Shown: positions 23,878 through 35,492, numbered from the stretch's first letter. The stretch: DNA of 64,000 bases from Candidatus Hermodarchaeota archaeon (GCA_016839365.1 JAEOUH010000069.1:33698-97697); one strand, 5' to 3'. Notes: generated by a model not told the origin, from the letters alone. A program made the numbers and translations.

Positions 23878-25800
23878 ATGCCGATACACATCGAAGATGA
23901 GTTGTACCTTGATGAAAAGCAGGTCTTTTACAACCCAAACGACCAATGGTTTGTCGAATACCTCAAACTGTACTATGTCCACACCATAGATGGACAATAT
24001 CTCTTTGGCAACACCCAGGCGGGTCGACGACCCGATCGTGCTTTCTACATTATCCCCGAAGGGTATAAACTGGGAAAAGGTCAACGCAGCTTCGACCGGA
24101 AAATCGGACTCCAACTCTTTGAAGTTGTTCTCCAGTATCTCAAAACCGCCAAAGTCATCGTCCAGGATGGAATCCAAGGGGAAAGTGGATATAAGACAGG
24201 GCTTCGAATTGTACTCAGCGTAGAGAACCCCCATACAGCTTATATCACTTGGTTTGGCCGTTTGATGATTTATCCACCGGAAGAGAACATGAAAATCAAT
24301 TGCTGGAACTATGTTGTACAGGAACGCTTACCCGGTGACTTAATCCGGGAAATTCAATCTTTCTGGCCCGCTTTTGACCCCGATGAGCCCCTTACGTTGT
24401 ATGACTTGACTCGTATGGACGAGGATCATCGTCGGGTGATGAGTCTACGGGTCGATTATTTTGGCGGAGCTTTTAAGAAACCCAACCTAACCATGGTCTG
24501 GAATCGTGGGGAAGCTGATGGGTGCATATCCTATCACGCTGGTTGCACTAGTAGCCGTGTGCTTAAAGGCCTCTCAGGCACTGGCAAAACAACTCTTACT
24601 GTAGGCCCTCAACTTGAACAAGATGATGCTGTGCTTGGATTACCCAAACATAATGCTACGTCCAGGATAAGAGAGGTGCAACTAATCGGACTTGAAGCTG
24701 CATCTTATGCGAAGAGTGAAGGCTTGGTGCCAGATAGCCCTGAATGGCCAGGGCTCATGAAGTCGAAGTATATCCAGCCTGATGGAACCAGACCAGTTGT
24801 TCTTGCCCAAAACATTGACTGTGAAGGAATTGAATATCGGATAGAAGAAATCGCCGGATATCACGTCAAGGTTCCTCGAGTGCTCCCTGGTCAACAGGTG
24901 GGCCACCTCCAACCAACACGTTACGAACAATCAGGAACTACCAATGGCCGGTTCGTCTTCCGTTTCTATGACCTGAATCCTGACTGGAAACCGGGATTAC
25001 CCAAGAATCTACACACAGAAATGTTGTCATTTCGGCGATTTGACATCTTTCCCTTAGTCGTTCGCATCACTGACCCAGTCATGGCCGTCGCCCTTGATTC
25101 CGCCTGTGAATCAGTGATTACCTCCGCTATCGGCGGGAAGATACCTGGGACCCGAGTCCGCTCTTATGCCGCAACCGATTTCATGGCCCGTGAACAAAGC
25201 CACCAAGCACTCCTCAAACTGGATATGTACACCGACATGAACCTTGGCCTTGATGGACAACTCGTATTCGCCATCGTAAATTCGGGATATGTGGGCGAAT
25301 ATGCCCTCGATGGGCAACAACGTCGGCGCCTTGATGAGAAAGGGCAACCTATACCAAAAATCGATGAAGCTACTGGAAAACCCTATCTAAACGCTCAAGG
25401 AAAACCTGAATACCTGGGTTTAGGTGAAAAAATTAAAGTTGGCGACACCAAACTCCTTGTAACACTAACAGAAACCCGTGCAATTAAGACATGGCACCCG
25501 CACCCAGTCTTCGGTGACGCCTACCTGATCCCAGACCCCACTGAACTAGAAGAAACCCATGGGCTCTCCAATTACCGGGAACGGTTCAATCCCCTCCGCT
25601 TCTATTCACCCAAAGAATACTTGGCATTCTGCCTACATGATATTGATGAACGCAGCACCTATCTTAACGACCTGTTTTCCGGACAGGAACACGCAGACAA
25701 ATTACAACCAATCATCAACGTGTGGCGTAAGGTGACCCTTCCATCAGAAAAAACAATCCAGACCTTTTATGAAACCCACTTCGGGAAAATCAGCCCATGA
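23878..25800 (+). CDS. pckA: Phosphoenolpyruvate carboxykinase (ATP)-like protein, divergent
   Basis: YFGGAFKK, YHAGC, GLSGTGKTTLT, QDD, YAK and TTNGR align with ATP-PCK motifs. Confidence 0.75.
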   Translation: MPIHIEDELYLDEKQVFYNPNDQWFVEYLKLYYVHTIDGQYLFGNTQAGRRPDRAFYIIPEGYKLGKGQRSFDRKIGLQLFEVVLQYLKTAKVIVQDGIQGESGYKTGLRIVLSVENPHTAYITWFGRLMIYPPEENMKINCWNYVVQERLPGDLIREIQSFWPAFDPDEPLTLYDLTRMDEDHRRVMSLRVDYFGGAFKKPNLTMVWNRGEADGCISYHAGCTSSRVLKGLSGTGKTTLTVGPQLEQDDAVLGLPKHNATSRIREVQLIGLEAASYAKSEGLVPDSPEWPGLMKSKYIQPDGTRPVVLAQNIDCEGIEYRIEEIAGYHVKVPRVLPGQQVGHLQPTRYEQSGTTNGRFVFRFYDLNPDWKPGLPKNLHTEMLSFRRFDIFPLVVRITDPVMAVALDSACESVITSAIGGKIPGTRVRSYAATDFMAREQSHQALLKLDMYTDMNLGLDGQLVFAIVNSGYVGEYALDGQQRRRLDEKGQPIPKIDEATGKPYLNAQGKPEYLGLGEKIKVGDTKLLVTLTETRAIKTWHPHPVFGDAYLIPDPTELEETHGLSNYRERFNPLRFYSPKEYLAFCLHDIDERSTYLNDLFSGQEHADKLQPIINVWRKVTLPSEKTIQTFYETHFGKISP

Positions 25801-26567
25801 AAAGGTTCTCAAATGTGAAGATTTATGGCAAATTTGCACAGTTGTACGCATCAGGAGATTTTCCAGAATTCAGCGCACATATGGCACAGCTCCTTCCATC
25901 ACTATTAGACAAGTTTCAGATGCAACCTAAGACTATCTTGGACTTAGCATGTGGTGAGGGAACTTTCGCAGTTGCCATGGCAAAAGCGGGATTCAAGGTT
26001 TCTGGTATTGATCGATCATCAGAGATGCTCGACCTTGCCCGCAAGAAAGCCCAAGCCGCAAGCGTAACAATTCATTTTTATGAAATGGATATGCGACACC
26101 TTGAACTCAACACCACCTTTGATTTAGTTACGTGCTGGTTTGACAGCCTCAACTACCTCCTCGCCCTTGATGACCTTGAGAGTGTCTTCAACAGAGTGGC
26201 ACGGCATTTAGAGCCTGGTGGTCATTTTGTCTTCGATATGAATACGATCTATTGGTTGACTACTCTCGCCCAACGCTATGCAGTAACACTTGAACGGGAA
26301 ACGGAGAGCATTTTCCAAGTTCATCGCCATTCCTATGATGAGAATGCTCGTATCGCTACCTTTGAAATCACTGGTTTCATTAAGGATAATAGCTGCTGGA
26401 GGCGTCAAGTTGATGAAACGCATCATGAACGCGGATACACAATTGAAGAAATTCGTTCCTGTTTGAACAATGCCGGGCTCACTGAAATCGCCTGTTATGG
26501 GAACCTTGAAGAAAGTCTCCCATATGCTCCTGAGAGTAAACGCGTATGGTTCATCACCCAAAAATAA
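25797..26567 (+). CDS. Class I SAM-dependent methyltransferase
   Basis: ILDLACGEG, GIDRSSEML, DMR, FDSLNY, LEPGGHFVFD. Confidence 0.92.
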   Translation: MKRFSNVKIYGKFAQLYASGDFPEFSAHMAQLLPSLLDKFQMQPKTILDLACGEGTFAVAMAKAGFKVSGIDRSSEMLDLARKKAQAASVTIHFYEMDMRHLELNTTFDLVTCWFDSLNYLLALDDLESVFNRVARHLEPGGHFVFDMNTIYWLTTLAQRYAVTLERETESIFQVHRHSYDENARIATFEITGFIKDNSCWRRQVDETHHERGYTIEEIRSCLNNAGLTEIACYGNLEESLPYAPESKRVWFITQK

Positions 26568-26572
26568 CTCAA

Positions 26573-26953
26573 CTATTTCTCCAAAACGAGCGCGTTCTGA
26601 TAACTTTTCATAACCCAGGGCATTACTTTCTTTAGTGCAAATCTATTCTTGACCAGGAGCTGTACCCATTTTTTCATCATGCGCTGGTCGGATTCAAAAG
26701 ATTTCGCCCCGGGAAGCTCATAGGCCTCTGCCCTTTCGTTTTCCGATAAACGAGTTAGAACAACACCATCTGTTACAATGAAAGCAAACAGCTTCCCGCC
26801 AGCCTTGTAACACGGACAGCCAAACATCTTCTTAGTAGACAGATGGGGATGCTGCAAAATTTCTGCTTCGAATTCTTCGCGAATCGCTTTCATTTTCTCT
26901 TCAGAGTAAAATTTCAAAGCCACCAACTCCGATTCGACTAGAACCTTTCCCAT
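26573..26953 (-). CDS. TfoX/Sxy N-terminal-like (YdhG/MmcQ-fold) protein
   Basis: KKMFGCPCYKAGGKLFAF...MKKWV; ATG (MGKVL) at 26953. Confidence 0.7.
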   Translation of the reverse strand: MGKVLVESELVALKFYSEEKMKAIREEFEAEILQHPHLSTKKMFGCPCYKAGGKLFAFIVTDGVVLTRLSENERAEAYELPGAKSFESDQRMMKKWVQLLVKNRFALKKVMPWVMKSYQNALVLEK

Positions 26954-27032
26954 ATGGCTTATAGATAATTTTAACAAGCCACTCCATATAAGACATCTGA
27001 AACCAACACATACGTGAGAACAGGTGGTACAA

Positions 27033-28232
27033 ATGGAAATCCGAAAACTAACCAAAGAGGACATGACTAAAGTTATCAAACTCCATCAATACAGCTACGG
27101 ATTCTGGACCGACCATGATGTCCGTGACGAAGACCACAACTATATGATTCCTGAAAACAGCATCGGGCTCTTCGAAAACGATAATCTCGTTTCGGTTGCC
27201 ACCATTATGCATACCCAGCAATCAATTCGTGGTATCCTCAAGGGCATGGGCGGAATTTCCATGGTCTGCACCTATCCAGAAAAACGGATGAAAGGCTATG
27301 TCCGATCAATCATGCAAAGTGCCTTTCTTGAAATGAAAGAAGCTGAACTCTCAGTTAGCATGCTTGAACCCTTCCGGGAATCCTTCTACACAGACCTCGG
27401 CGATGTCCCTGCCCATGACAAATACCGATTGAAAGCCCCTCTGAACGGCTTACGTGTACCACCAGACATTAGGATTGGTGATGAATGGACAGTTGAACGT
27501 ATTCCAGGACACGAAGCTAAAGAACGCTATATGGCTTTCATCAAAGCCTTCGCACCAACCAAGTTTCATGGATTTGCCTACAACCCTTCAATCCGGGATG
27601 AGGAATGGCGCCGCCGCAACAAAGACCATCACTACGTCTTCATTAAGAAAGCCGGTCAAGTCGAAGCACTCGCTCGTTACACACTCAAAGGGTACATGCA
27701 CTTTGAACAACCAGGAGAACTCATAATCAGAGAAATGTACTGGCGCTCCCTTCCCGCCCAAACTGCCCTCTTCCATTATCTGGGTAAACACCGGGATCAA
27801 ATCCAAACCCTTCACATAATCTTGCCCTACGGAACCGATTTTCAACACTGGTTCGAACACCTCCAAGACTGGATTGAAATCAAGGTTTGGCACCCTTGGA
27901 TGGTGCGTGTCATTGACGCCAAAGAAGCTCTTACAGGACTCCCCGTATCAACTGACGGCGAACTCACTTTCACACTGACAGATCCTCAGTGCGGCTGGAA
28001 TAACGGCACTTACCTACTCAAATCAAACAATGGTCAACTCGACGTGAGTATGACAAAACGGAGTGTCAAACTCGAAGCCTCAATCCAGGGGCTTAGTGCT
28101 CTTGTCTACGGCACTCATTCCATTGAAGCCCTTGAATATATTGGGTGGATAAAGGGAGTAAGCGACACCACCCGAAAACTCCTACATAACTGGTTCCCAC
28201 AACTACCGCTGTACAATCCCTACACTTTCTGA
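27033..28232 (+). CDS. Eis-like GNAT acetyltransferase, paralog of 15724-16935
   Basis: GISMVCTYPEKRMKGYVR, SVSMLEPF, PWMVRVIDA, DPQCGWNNG, IQGLSALVYGT. Confidence 0.9.
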   Translation: MEIRKLTKEDMTKVIKLHQYSYGFWTDHDVRDEDHNYMIPENSIGLFENDNLVSVATIMHTQQSIRGILKGMGGISMVCTYPEKRMKGYVRSIMQSAFLEMKEAELSVSMLEPFRESFYTDLGDVPAHDKYRLKAPLNGLRVPPDIRIGDEWTVERIPGHEAKERYMAFIKAFAPTKFHGFAYNPSIRDEEWRRRNKDHHYVFIKKAGQVEALARYTLKGYMHFEQPGELIIREMYWRSLPAQTALFHYLGKHRDQIQTLHIILPYGTDFQHWFEHLQDWIEIKVWHPWMVRVIDAKEALTGLPVSTDGELTFTLTDPQCGWNNGTYLLKSNNGQLDVSMTKRSVKLEASIQGLSALVYGTHSIEALEYIGWIKGVSDTTRKLLHNWFPQLPLYNPYTF

Positions 28233-28245
28233 GTAGGGATTGTAC
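28211..28245 (+). terminator. Perfect 13-bp inverted repeat spanning the stop codon
   Basis: GTACAATCCCTAC-(9 nt)-GTAGGGATTGTAC; the terminator role is inferred. Confidence 0.4.
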
Positions 28246-28483
28246 CTTCGCCATAATCATCGCCACACGCTCCATTACCTTCCTTCTCACCATCCCCGGC
28301 ATTGTTCAATCTGTCTTCATCACTTTCTATCCAGGTGGCATCTTGTCCTTCATCCTACTACCCATATAGGAGCCACAAAGTGGATTTGGTAAAAAAAGTC
28401 GACAACCATCACTTATGGATGACACTCCGCAAAAATCATAAAGTCTAATACGCTTCCTCAAAGCTGGGAGGTGCGACGAACAA

Positions 28484-30493
28484 GTGGCCACTTCACGTAC
28501 ATTCGAACTCAACCCAGATTATACCCCAAGTGGTGATCAACCCAAAGCTATCCAGAAGCTCATCAAAGGCTACAAAGAGGGTAAACGCCAACAGACACTG
28601 TTAGGCGTGACAGGATCTGGCAAAACCTTTACAGTGGCCTATATTGTAGAAGCCCTCCAAAAACCGACGCTGGTCATTTCACCTAACAAGACCCTTGCTG
28701 CACAACTCACAAGCATGTTCCGGGACTACTTCCCTGAAAACGCGGTAGAATATTACACCTCTTATTACGATTACTTTCAACCCGAAGCGTATATGCCCAC
28801 ATCAGATACCTACATCGAGAAAGATGCCTCAATTAACGAAGAAGTAGAACGGATGCGATTATCAGCGGTTGCCTCTCTTGCTGTCCGAAGAGATGTACTC
28901 ATCGTTGCCACCGTCTCCTGCATCTACGGCATTGGAGCCCCTGGCTCCTATCGAAACCTAGTCGTAGAGCTTGCACAGGGTCAAGAGATTCCACGTGATG
29001 AGCTTTTCGCCCGGTTAGTCCATATAAACTATACCCGGAATGACTTTGACTTCCACCGAGGAACCTTCCGCGTTCGTGGTGACGTAATCGAGGTCTTCCC
29101 GGCCTATGCCAATCATCCAATTCGCCTTGAAACATTTGGTGATACCATTGAACGCATCGCCGACATTGCCCCAATCAAAGGAACAGTGCTCTACGAGCGC
29201 GAAAAAATCAAAATCTTCCCGGCAAAACAATTCACCACCGACCAGCGAATCCTTCCTGAAATCTTGGAACAAATCGAAGATGAACTCGAGGAACGGCTGA
29301 AGGAACTCGAGACTCAAGAGAAAATCCTGGAAGCTGACCGATTGCGACGACGTGTGAAATATGACATCGAAATGATGCGCTCTGTTGGATGGACCGGTGG
29401 CATCGAGAACTATTCACGCTACTTTGATGGACGGAAACAAGGACAGAAACCCTACTGTCTATTAGATCATTACCCTGAGGACTTCCTCCTTGTAATTGAT
29501 GAGTCCCACATCACTGTGCCACAAATTGGAGGGATGTATTATGGTGACTTATCCCGAAAACGAAACCTCGTTGATTACGGCTTTCGACTACCCTCCGCCT
29601 TTGACAACCGTCCCCTAACCTTTGAAGAATTTGAACCCTATATGCGTACCGTTCTCTACACGTCTGCCACCCCCTCAAGTTATGAACGAAAGCATTCAGA
29701 CAAGGTGGTAGAACAAATCATCCGCCCCACCGGGCTAGTGGACCCTAAAATCATCGTGCGACCTACCGAAGGACAAGTCGAAGACCTGCTAGGAGAGATC
29801 CGTATTAGAGCCAAAAAAGATGAACGCGCCTTGGTGACTACTCTAACAAAACGCATGGCTGAAGACTTAGCTGATTACATGGTCCATGCTGGAGTCAAAG
29901 CCGAATATCTTCACTCCGAGGTCGGCACCCTTGAACGTATCGAGGTACTACGCAACCTACGTCAAGGTAAACACGAGGTAGTCGTTGGTATTAATTTACT
30001 GCGGGAAGGTCTGGACTTACCAGAAGTATCACTCGTAGCGATTCTCGATGCGGATAAGGAAGGCTTTCTCCGCTCCGATACCAGCCTAATTCAAATCATG
30101 GGACGGGCAAGCCGAAATGTCAACGGAACAGTAATTCTGTATGCGGATCGGATGACTGATTCTATGACTCGGGCGATCACTGAAAACAATCGACGCCGAG
30201 CCATGCAACTCAAGTACAACAAGGAACACGGCATCACTCCCACAACAATTGTGAAATCAATTACTGATATTGCTGAAGGAGTGGAACGTGTAACCGCGAG
30301 TTCACGGACCCAGGTAAACGTACCTAAAAACTGGCGTACTGCCAATGAAAGCGATCTCGCCCTGTTGGTTGTTGAGCTCCGTGAAGAGATGCTTCAGGCG
30401 GCAGAAGAACTGGAATTCGAACGGGCGGCAAACCTGCGTGACCTTATCAATGAAATTGAGGCGTACCTGGGGCTGCAAACGAAGAGTTCCTAG
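28484..30493 (+). CDS. uvrB: Excinuclease ABC subunit B
   Basis: PSGDQPKAI, LGVTGSGKT, YYDYFQPEAY, DESH, GFRLPSA, GINLLREGLDLPEV and a C-terminal UVR domain. Confidence 0.98.
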   Translation: MATSRTFELNPDYTPSGDQPKAIQKLIKGYKEGKRQQTLLGVTGSGKTFTVAYIVEALQKPTLVISPNKTLAAQLTSMFRDYFPENAVEYYTSYYDYFQPEAYMPTSDTYIEKDASINEEVERMRLSAVASLAVRRDVLIVATVSCIYGIGAPGSYRNLVVELAQGQEIPRDELFARLVHINYTRNDFDFHRGTFRVRGDVIEVFPAYANHPIRLETFGDTIERIADIAPIKGTVLYEREKIKIFPAKQFTTDQRILPEILEQIEDELEERLKELETQEKILEADRLRRRVKYDIEMMRSVGWTGGIENYSRYFDGRKQGQKPYCLLDHYPEDFLLVIDESHITVPQIGGMYYGDLSRKRNLVDYGFRLPSAFDNRPLTFEEFEPYMRTVLYTSATPSSYERKHSDKVVEQIIRPTGLVDPKIIVRPTEGQVEDLLGEIRIRAKKDERALVTTLTKRMAEDLADYMVHAGVKAEYLHSEVGTLERIEVLRNLRQGKHEVVVGINLLREGLDLPEVSLVAILDADKEGFLRSDTSLIQIMGRASRNVNGTVILYADRMTDSMTRAITENNRRRAMQLKYNKEHGITPTTIVKSITDIAEGVERVTASSRTQVNVPKNWRTANESDLALLVVELREEMLQAAEELEFERAANLRDLINEIEAYLGLQTKSS

Positions 30494-30684
30494 ACTCAAT
30501 TACTTTCATTGGGGTGTCCCCTCCGCTTATATGTTTAAACGAACTTCCGAGTACAAGAAAGCTGATAAAACAGGTCAACGAACCTGCAACGCTGGACGCA
30601 ACCTACGGTTGGGCTTGGTGTAGAACCGTAACTCTTATGTCAGCTGGCGCAATCGATGCCGCTGACAAGATAGGTGACAGATGG

Positions 30685-33615
30685 GTGAGCGACGACAAGT
30701 ACATTACCGTCAAAGGCGCCCGGGTGCACAATCTGAAAGATATCACTGTGCAAATCCCCCGGGATAAATACGTAGTCATCACTGGACTCTCCGGTTCCGG
30801 TAAATCCTCGCTAGCGTTCGATACGCTCTTCGCTGAAGGACAGCGCCGATACGTTGAGTCCCTCTCAGCTTATGCGCGACAATTCTTAGGGCGCATGGAC
30901 AAACCCGACGTTGACTCAATCGAAGGCTTAAGTCCGGCAATCTCCATCGATCAACGATCCGCAGGAGGCAATCCCAGGTCTACTGTGGGTACTACCACTG
31001 AAGTGTATGATTATATGCGATTGCTCTGGGCCCGCATTGGCATTCCGCATTGCCACCAGTGTGGAAGAAGGATTGCCCCACAATCAGCACAACAGATTGT
31101 ACGACAAATCATGGAATTCGAGGAAGGTACTCAAGTCCGGATCCTCTCCCCGGTTGTAAAAGGTAGGAAAGGCACCTATAAGGCACTCTTCAAGAAGTTA
31201 CAGAGTGAGGGCTTCATCCGGGTTCGTGTCGATGGGAAAGATTACAGATTGGATAAAGAGGAAATCGATCTCGACCGATATGTTATTCACAATATCGAAA
31301 TAATCGTTGACCGGTTAGTACTTAAGCCCGCCGTCGAACAACGTCTGAACCAGTCCGTGGAAACTGCATTAGAGTTTGGAGAAGGATTAGTAATTGTTGA
31401 GGTTAAAGGTGATCAGGAGTATCTGTTTAGCGAGTCTGCTGGCTGTCCGGTATGTGGAATTAGTTTCCCAGATTTAGCACCCCGTCTCTTCAGTTTCAAC
31501 TCACCTTATGGAGCATGTCCGGAATGCAAAGGATTAGGGTACACACTGGAGGTCGATCCTGATCTTGTCATCCCCGACGAGACTAAGTCGATTATAGAAG
31601 GAGCGATCGCTGCCTACCACACTCCTTTGAATGGCTGGCGATTACGGAGTCTGACCAGCATAGCCAAACATTACGGATTCAGTCTTGATACTCCCTTCAA
31701 AGACCTTGCCCCCGAGATTCAGCACGTACTTCTTTATGGATCAGGCGAGGAGGAAATCCGATTCGAACACAGTGGTATCACTGAGTCAGGGCGAAAATGG
31801 GAATGGATCAGTGAGAAACCCACTATGGGTGTGATTCCAGGACTTAAACACCGCTATAAGCAAACGAGTTCAGAGGTCGTTCGCGAATCAATTACTCGGT
31901 TCATGGCTCAGCTCCCTTGTCCAGTGTGTCATGGTCGTCGACTACGTCCGGAAGCGCTTGCCGTCACTATCCAGGACAAGAGTATCGATTATGTGACGAA
32001 CCTCTCAATTGATGAAACCTTGGCCTTCTTTGATCAGCTTGAGCTTACGAAGAAAGAAGCTACTATCGCTCGGCAAACCCTTCGTGAAATCAAACAACGA
32101 CTGGAGTTTCTCTCCTCGGTGGGGCTAGATTATCTGACCCTGAATCGCCAATCAGCTTCGTTGGCGGGGGGTGAAGCCCAACGTGTCCGGCTTGCAACGC
32201 AGATTGGGTCTCGCCTAGTCGGAGTGACTTACATCCTTGACGAACCTAGTATCGGTCTTCACATGCGTGACAACAAACGCCTCCTCTCCATGCTTCTCCA
32301 ACTCCGTGACCTAGGTAACACTGTGCTTGTTGTCGAGCACGACGAGGGTTTCATCCGTGCATCAGACTGGATTATTGATCTTGGACCTGGTGCCGGTATC
32401 CATGGAGGACAAGTGGTCGCCGAAGGACCAGTCCCAGAGATTGAAGCTAATCATAAGTCCATCACCGGACAGTATCTCCGAGGGGATAAGGTCATTTCCG
32501 TGCCTCCTACTCGAAGAATCGGTAACGGAGCCAGCATCCAAATCAAACGGGCCCACCATCGCAACCTGAAAAATATCGATGTGACATTTCCACTGGGAAC
32601 CTTCATCTGTATTACCGGTGTTTCTGGGTCAGGGAAAAGCACACTCATCACAGATACCTTGTATCCTGGTATTATCTGGCAGTTTCGACGCCGTCGTCGA
32701 CGCCAATCCGATGCAATCTTAGCTAGCCGGCTCCTCAAACCTGGACCTTTCGATGCCCTCAAGGGCGTCCGCTTCATCGATAAAGTTATCCTGGTTGATC
32801 AGTCACCCATCGGGCGAACACCACGTTCCAATCCTGCGACCTATACTCAGGTATTTGGACCAATCCGTGAACTTTTCTCGAAGACCGAAGAGGCACGAAA
32901 ACGTGGATATCAACCCGGACGCTTCAGCTTCAACGTAAAAGGTGGTCGATGTGAAACCTGTGGTGGCGCAGGGGTTCTAAGAATCGAGATGCAGTTCCTC
33001 CCAGATGTTTTTGTGCAATGCGATGAGTGCCATGGTAAACGCTTCAACAAAGAAACCCTTCAAGTTCGTTACAAGGGCAAGACCATCCACGAAGTACTTC
33101 GAATGACGGTCGACGAAGCTGCAGAGTTCTACAAGAATATTCCCAAGATTGCTGGTATCCTTGAAACCCTTCAACGGGTTGGTCTTGGGTATATGGAACT
33201 TGGTCAACCTTCGCCGACCCTGAGCGGTGGTGAAGCTCAACGTATCAAACTCAGCCGTGAACTCGGTAAACGCAGTACCACTCAAACACTCTATATCCTT
33301 GATGAACCGACCACCGGTCTGCATCTTGCGGATGTCCAGAAACTACTTGATGTCTTGAACCATCTTGTTGACGCAGGGAACACCGTCATTGTCATTGAGC
33401 ACCAACCCGATGTGATTAAGGGCGCAGATTATATCATCGATTTGGGACCTGAAGGCGGTGACAAAGGTGGATATATTGTAGCCCAGGGAACTCCGGAACA
33501 AGTGGCACAGAATCGAAAATCCTATACAGGGGCTGTGCTTCGTGAAGCACTGGCAATGAAGATGGAACGTGATTCCGAAGATTCCACAGACCGCGTGAAA
33601 GTCCTCTCTCGGTAA
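30685..33615 (+). CDS. uvrA: Excinuclease ABC subunit A
   Basis: [29 protein letters not shown], two ABC modules and Zn fingers; SD AGGTGA supports GTG 30685 over the ORF-track start at 30514. Confidence 0.98.
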   Translation: MSDDKYITVKGARVHNLKDITVQIPRDKYVVITGLSGSGKSSLAFDTLFAEGQRRYVESLSAYARQFLGRMDKPDVDSIEGLSPAISIDQRSAGGNPRSTVGTTTEVYDYMRLLWARIGIPHCHQCGRRIAPQSAQQIVRQIMEFEEGTQVRILSPVVKGRKGTYKALFKKLQSEGFIRVRVDGKDYRLDKEEIDLDRYVIHNIEIIVDRLVLKPAVEQRLNQSVETALEFGEGLVIVEVKGDQEYLFSESAGCPVCGISFPDLAPRLFSFNSPYGACPECKGLGYTLEVDPDLVIPDETKSIIEGAIAAYHTPLNGWRLRSLTSIAKHYGFSLDTPFKDLAPEIQHVLLYGSGEEEIRFEHSGITESGRKWEWISEKPTMGVIPGLKHRYKQTSSEVVRESITRFMAQLPCPVCHGRRLRPEALAVTIQDKSIDYVTNLSIDETLAFFDQLELTKKEATIARQTLREIKQRLEFLSSVGLDYLTLNRQSASLAGGEAQRVRLATQIGSRLVGVTYILDEPSIGLHMRDNKRLLSMLLQLRDLGNTVLVVEHDEGFIRASDWIIDLGPGAGIHGGQVVAEGPVPEIEANHKSITGQYLRGDKVISVPPTRRIGNGASIQIKRAHHRNLKNIDVTFPLGTFICITGVSGSGKSTLITDTLYPGIIWQFRRRRRRQSDAILASRLLKPGPFDALKGVRFIDKVILVDQSPIGRTPRSNPATYTQVFGPIRELFSKTEEARKRGYQPGRFSFNVKGGRCETCGGAGVLRIEMQFLPDVFVQCDECHGKRFNKETLQVRYKGKTIHEVLRMTVDEAAEFYKNIPKIAGILETLQRVGLGYMELGQPSPTLSGGEAQRIKLSRELGKRSTTQTLYILDEPTTGLHLADVQKLLDVLNHLVDAGNTVIVIEHQPDVIKGADYIIDLGPEGGDKGGYIVAQGTPEQVAQNRKSYTGAVLREALAMKMERDSEDSTDRVKVLSR

Positions 33616-33665
33616 GAGCGAACGGTTCTTCAACCCGTTTAGTGTTCTAGTAGGTGAATACGATT

Positions 33666-35492
33666 ATGAATCTTGAAGAGGAACTCAAGGACTTACCTGA
33701 CGCACCTGGTGTTTACATTCTATATGATGCCAATGATACCGTCATCTATGTTGGGAAAGCTCAATCTCTCCAAAAACGGGTGCCTGCCCATTTTCGTGGC
33801 AGCGGAAGTGGTAGCGTCTTCTCACCTATTGGGCAAGAAGTGGCTGAACTGGAATATGTGGTCACAGCAAATGAATCAGAAGCGTTGGTCCTTGAAGATA
33901 ATTTGATCAAACGCTACAGGCCACGATATAACATCCGCTTGAAAGATGACAAAAGTTTCCCTTATGTGCGAATTACACTCCAAGAAGACTTCCCAAGGGT
34001 AGAAAAAACACGTACACTTGTCAATGATGGTAGCCGATACATTGGTCCCTATTCCAACGTTAAAGCCTTGGATGGCTTCCTGAAATCAATTAATCGGATT
34101 GTTCCTATTGCCACATGTAAGCCAGCCATTGTTCCTGGAAAACGTAAACGCGCCTGTCTCAAATATGACATCGGCTACTGTCCTGCCCCCTGTATCAACA
34201 AGATTAGTAAAGAAGATTATGCTGAACTTGTCCAGGAGTACACACTGATGCTTACAGGGCAACAAGACGAGCTTGAAGCCCACCTCAAACGTCTTATGAA
34301 AAAAAGCTCCGATTCCCAGGAATTTGAACGGGCTGCCCGATACCGGGATCGGCTCCGCTCAGTCCAACGTGGCAGACAAGCACAACGTGCCACCTACTGG
34401 AATCAATTACCAGGCCACCGTGACGTATTGGGACTAGCTCGTCAAGGACCCGATGCCCTGGTCCAACTCCTCGTGGTCCGTGAAGGACGCGTAATTGGCC
34501 AACAACCGTTCCCCCTCAGTGCACCCTCCGAGCTCCCTGACGAAACGGTCATCGAAGCCTTCCTCAAGCAGTATTATCTACGCGCCACTGAAATCCCAGA
34601 GGAAGTCATACTATCTGTTCCCATAGCTGAGACGCAGTTTCTGGAAGAATGGCTCACTCAACGACGTGGGAATAATCACCCTGTAACAATCGTGCACCCC
34701 ACCCAGGAGCCCCTCATAAGTCTGACACAAATGGCAAATGAAAACGCTCAATTCCATCTCCACCAACTCGTCGAACGCATGGCTCGGGACGAAGGCCGAA
34801 AACAACAAGCCTACAACGATCTCATGGACGCCCTCCTTCTCACCGAAGAACCCGCCCATATCGAGGGGTTTGACATCTCGACTCTCCAAGGCACAGAATC
34901 AGTTGGTGTCTGTGTGGTCTTCAAAGATAGTCTTCCTTTCAAGAAGGGTTATCGGCGGTTCAAGATACGTGAAGTGGAAGGTCAGGATGATTTCGCGATG
35001 ATTAATGAAGTCGTCCACCGGCGTTATCACCGTCTAGTAACCGAGAAACTTCCTCTACCTAATCTCATCGTTATTGATGGTGGACGTGGACAAGTCAGTA
35101 TGGCACTCAAAGCCCTGGAATCTGTCGGCATTTTTAATATTCCAGTCATTGGTATTGCAAAAGCAGAAAAGCCCGATCCTGATCTTATTTACGTCCGTAA
35201 TCAGAAAACACCGGTCGATTTACCCGTAGATAGTCAAGGATTACGGTTAATCCAGCGAGTTCGTGATGAAGCCCATCGGTTTGCTATAGCTTATCATCGC
35301 AAAATCCGACAAATCAAGGGCATGAAACTTACATTAACCGATATTCCGGGCATTGGCGTTAAACGTGCTACTCTTCTCCTTCAGCACTTCGGCAACCTAG
35401 AGAACCTCTCGAAGGCTTCAGTGGATGAAATCGCTGCTGTCCCGGGAATAACTAAGCAATTGGCGAGCGAAATCATAGCGCATTTCTCATAA
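33666..35492 (+). CDS. uvrC: Excinuclease ABC subunit C
   Basis: GIY-YIG (PGVY...YVGKA), PRYNIRLKDDKSFPY, EGFDIS, IDGGRGQ, RDEAHRFA, HhH. Confidence 0.98.
   Translation: MNLEEELKDLPDAPGVYILYDANDTVIYVGKAQSLQKRVPAHFRGSGSGSVFSPIGQEVAELEYVVTANESEALVLEDNLIKRYRPRYNIRLKDDKSFPYVRITLQEDFPRVEKTRTLVNDGSRYIGPYSNVKALDGFLKSINRIVPIATCKPAIVPGKRKRACLKYDIGYCPAPCINKISKEDYAELVQEYTLMLTGQQDELEAHLKRLMKKSSDSQEFERAARYRDRLRSVQRGRQAQRATYWNQLPGHRDVLGLARQGPDALVQLLVVREGRVIGQQPFPLSAPSELPDETVIEAFLKQYYLRATEIPEEVILSVPIAETQFLEEWLTQRRGNNHPVTIVHPTQEPLISLTQMANENAQFHLHQLVERMARDEGRKQQAYNDLMDALLLTEEPAHIEGFDISTLQGTESVGVCVVFKDSLPFKKGYRRFKIREVEGQDDFAMINEVVHRRYHRLVTEKLPLPNLIVIDGGRGQVSMALKALESVGIFNIPVIGIAKAEKPDPDLIYVRNQKTPVDLPVDSQGLRLIQRVRDEAHRFAIAYHRKIRQIKGMKLTLTDIPGIGVKRATLLLQHFGNLENLSKASVDEIAAVPGITKQLASEIIAHFS

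Noticed and set aside
30514-30684. 57-aa N-terminal extension of UvrA in the ORF track
   Set aside because: Homology begins at [10 protein letters not shown], and an AGGTGA SD precedes GTG 30685
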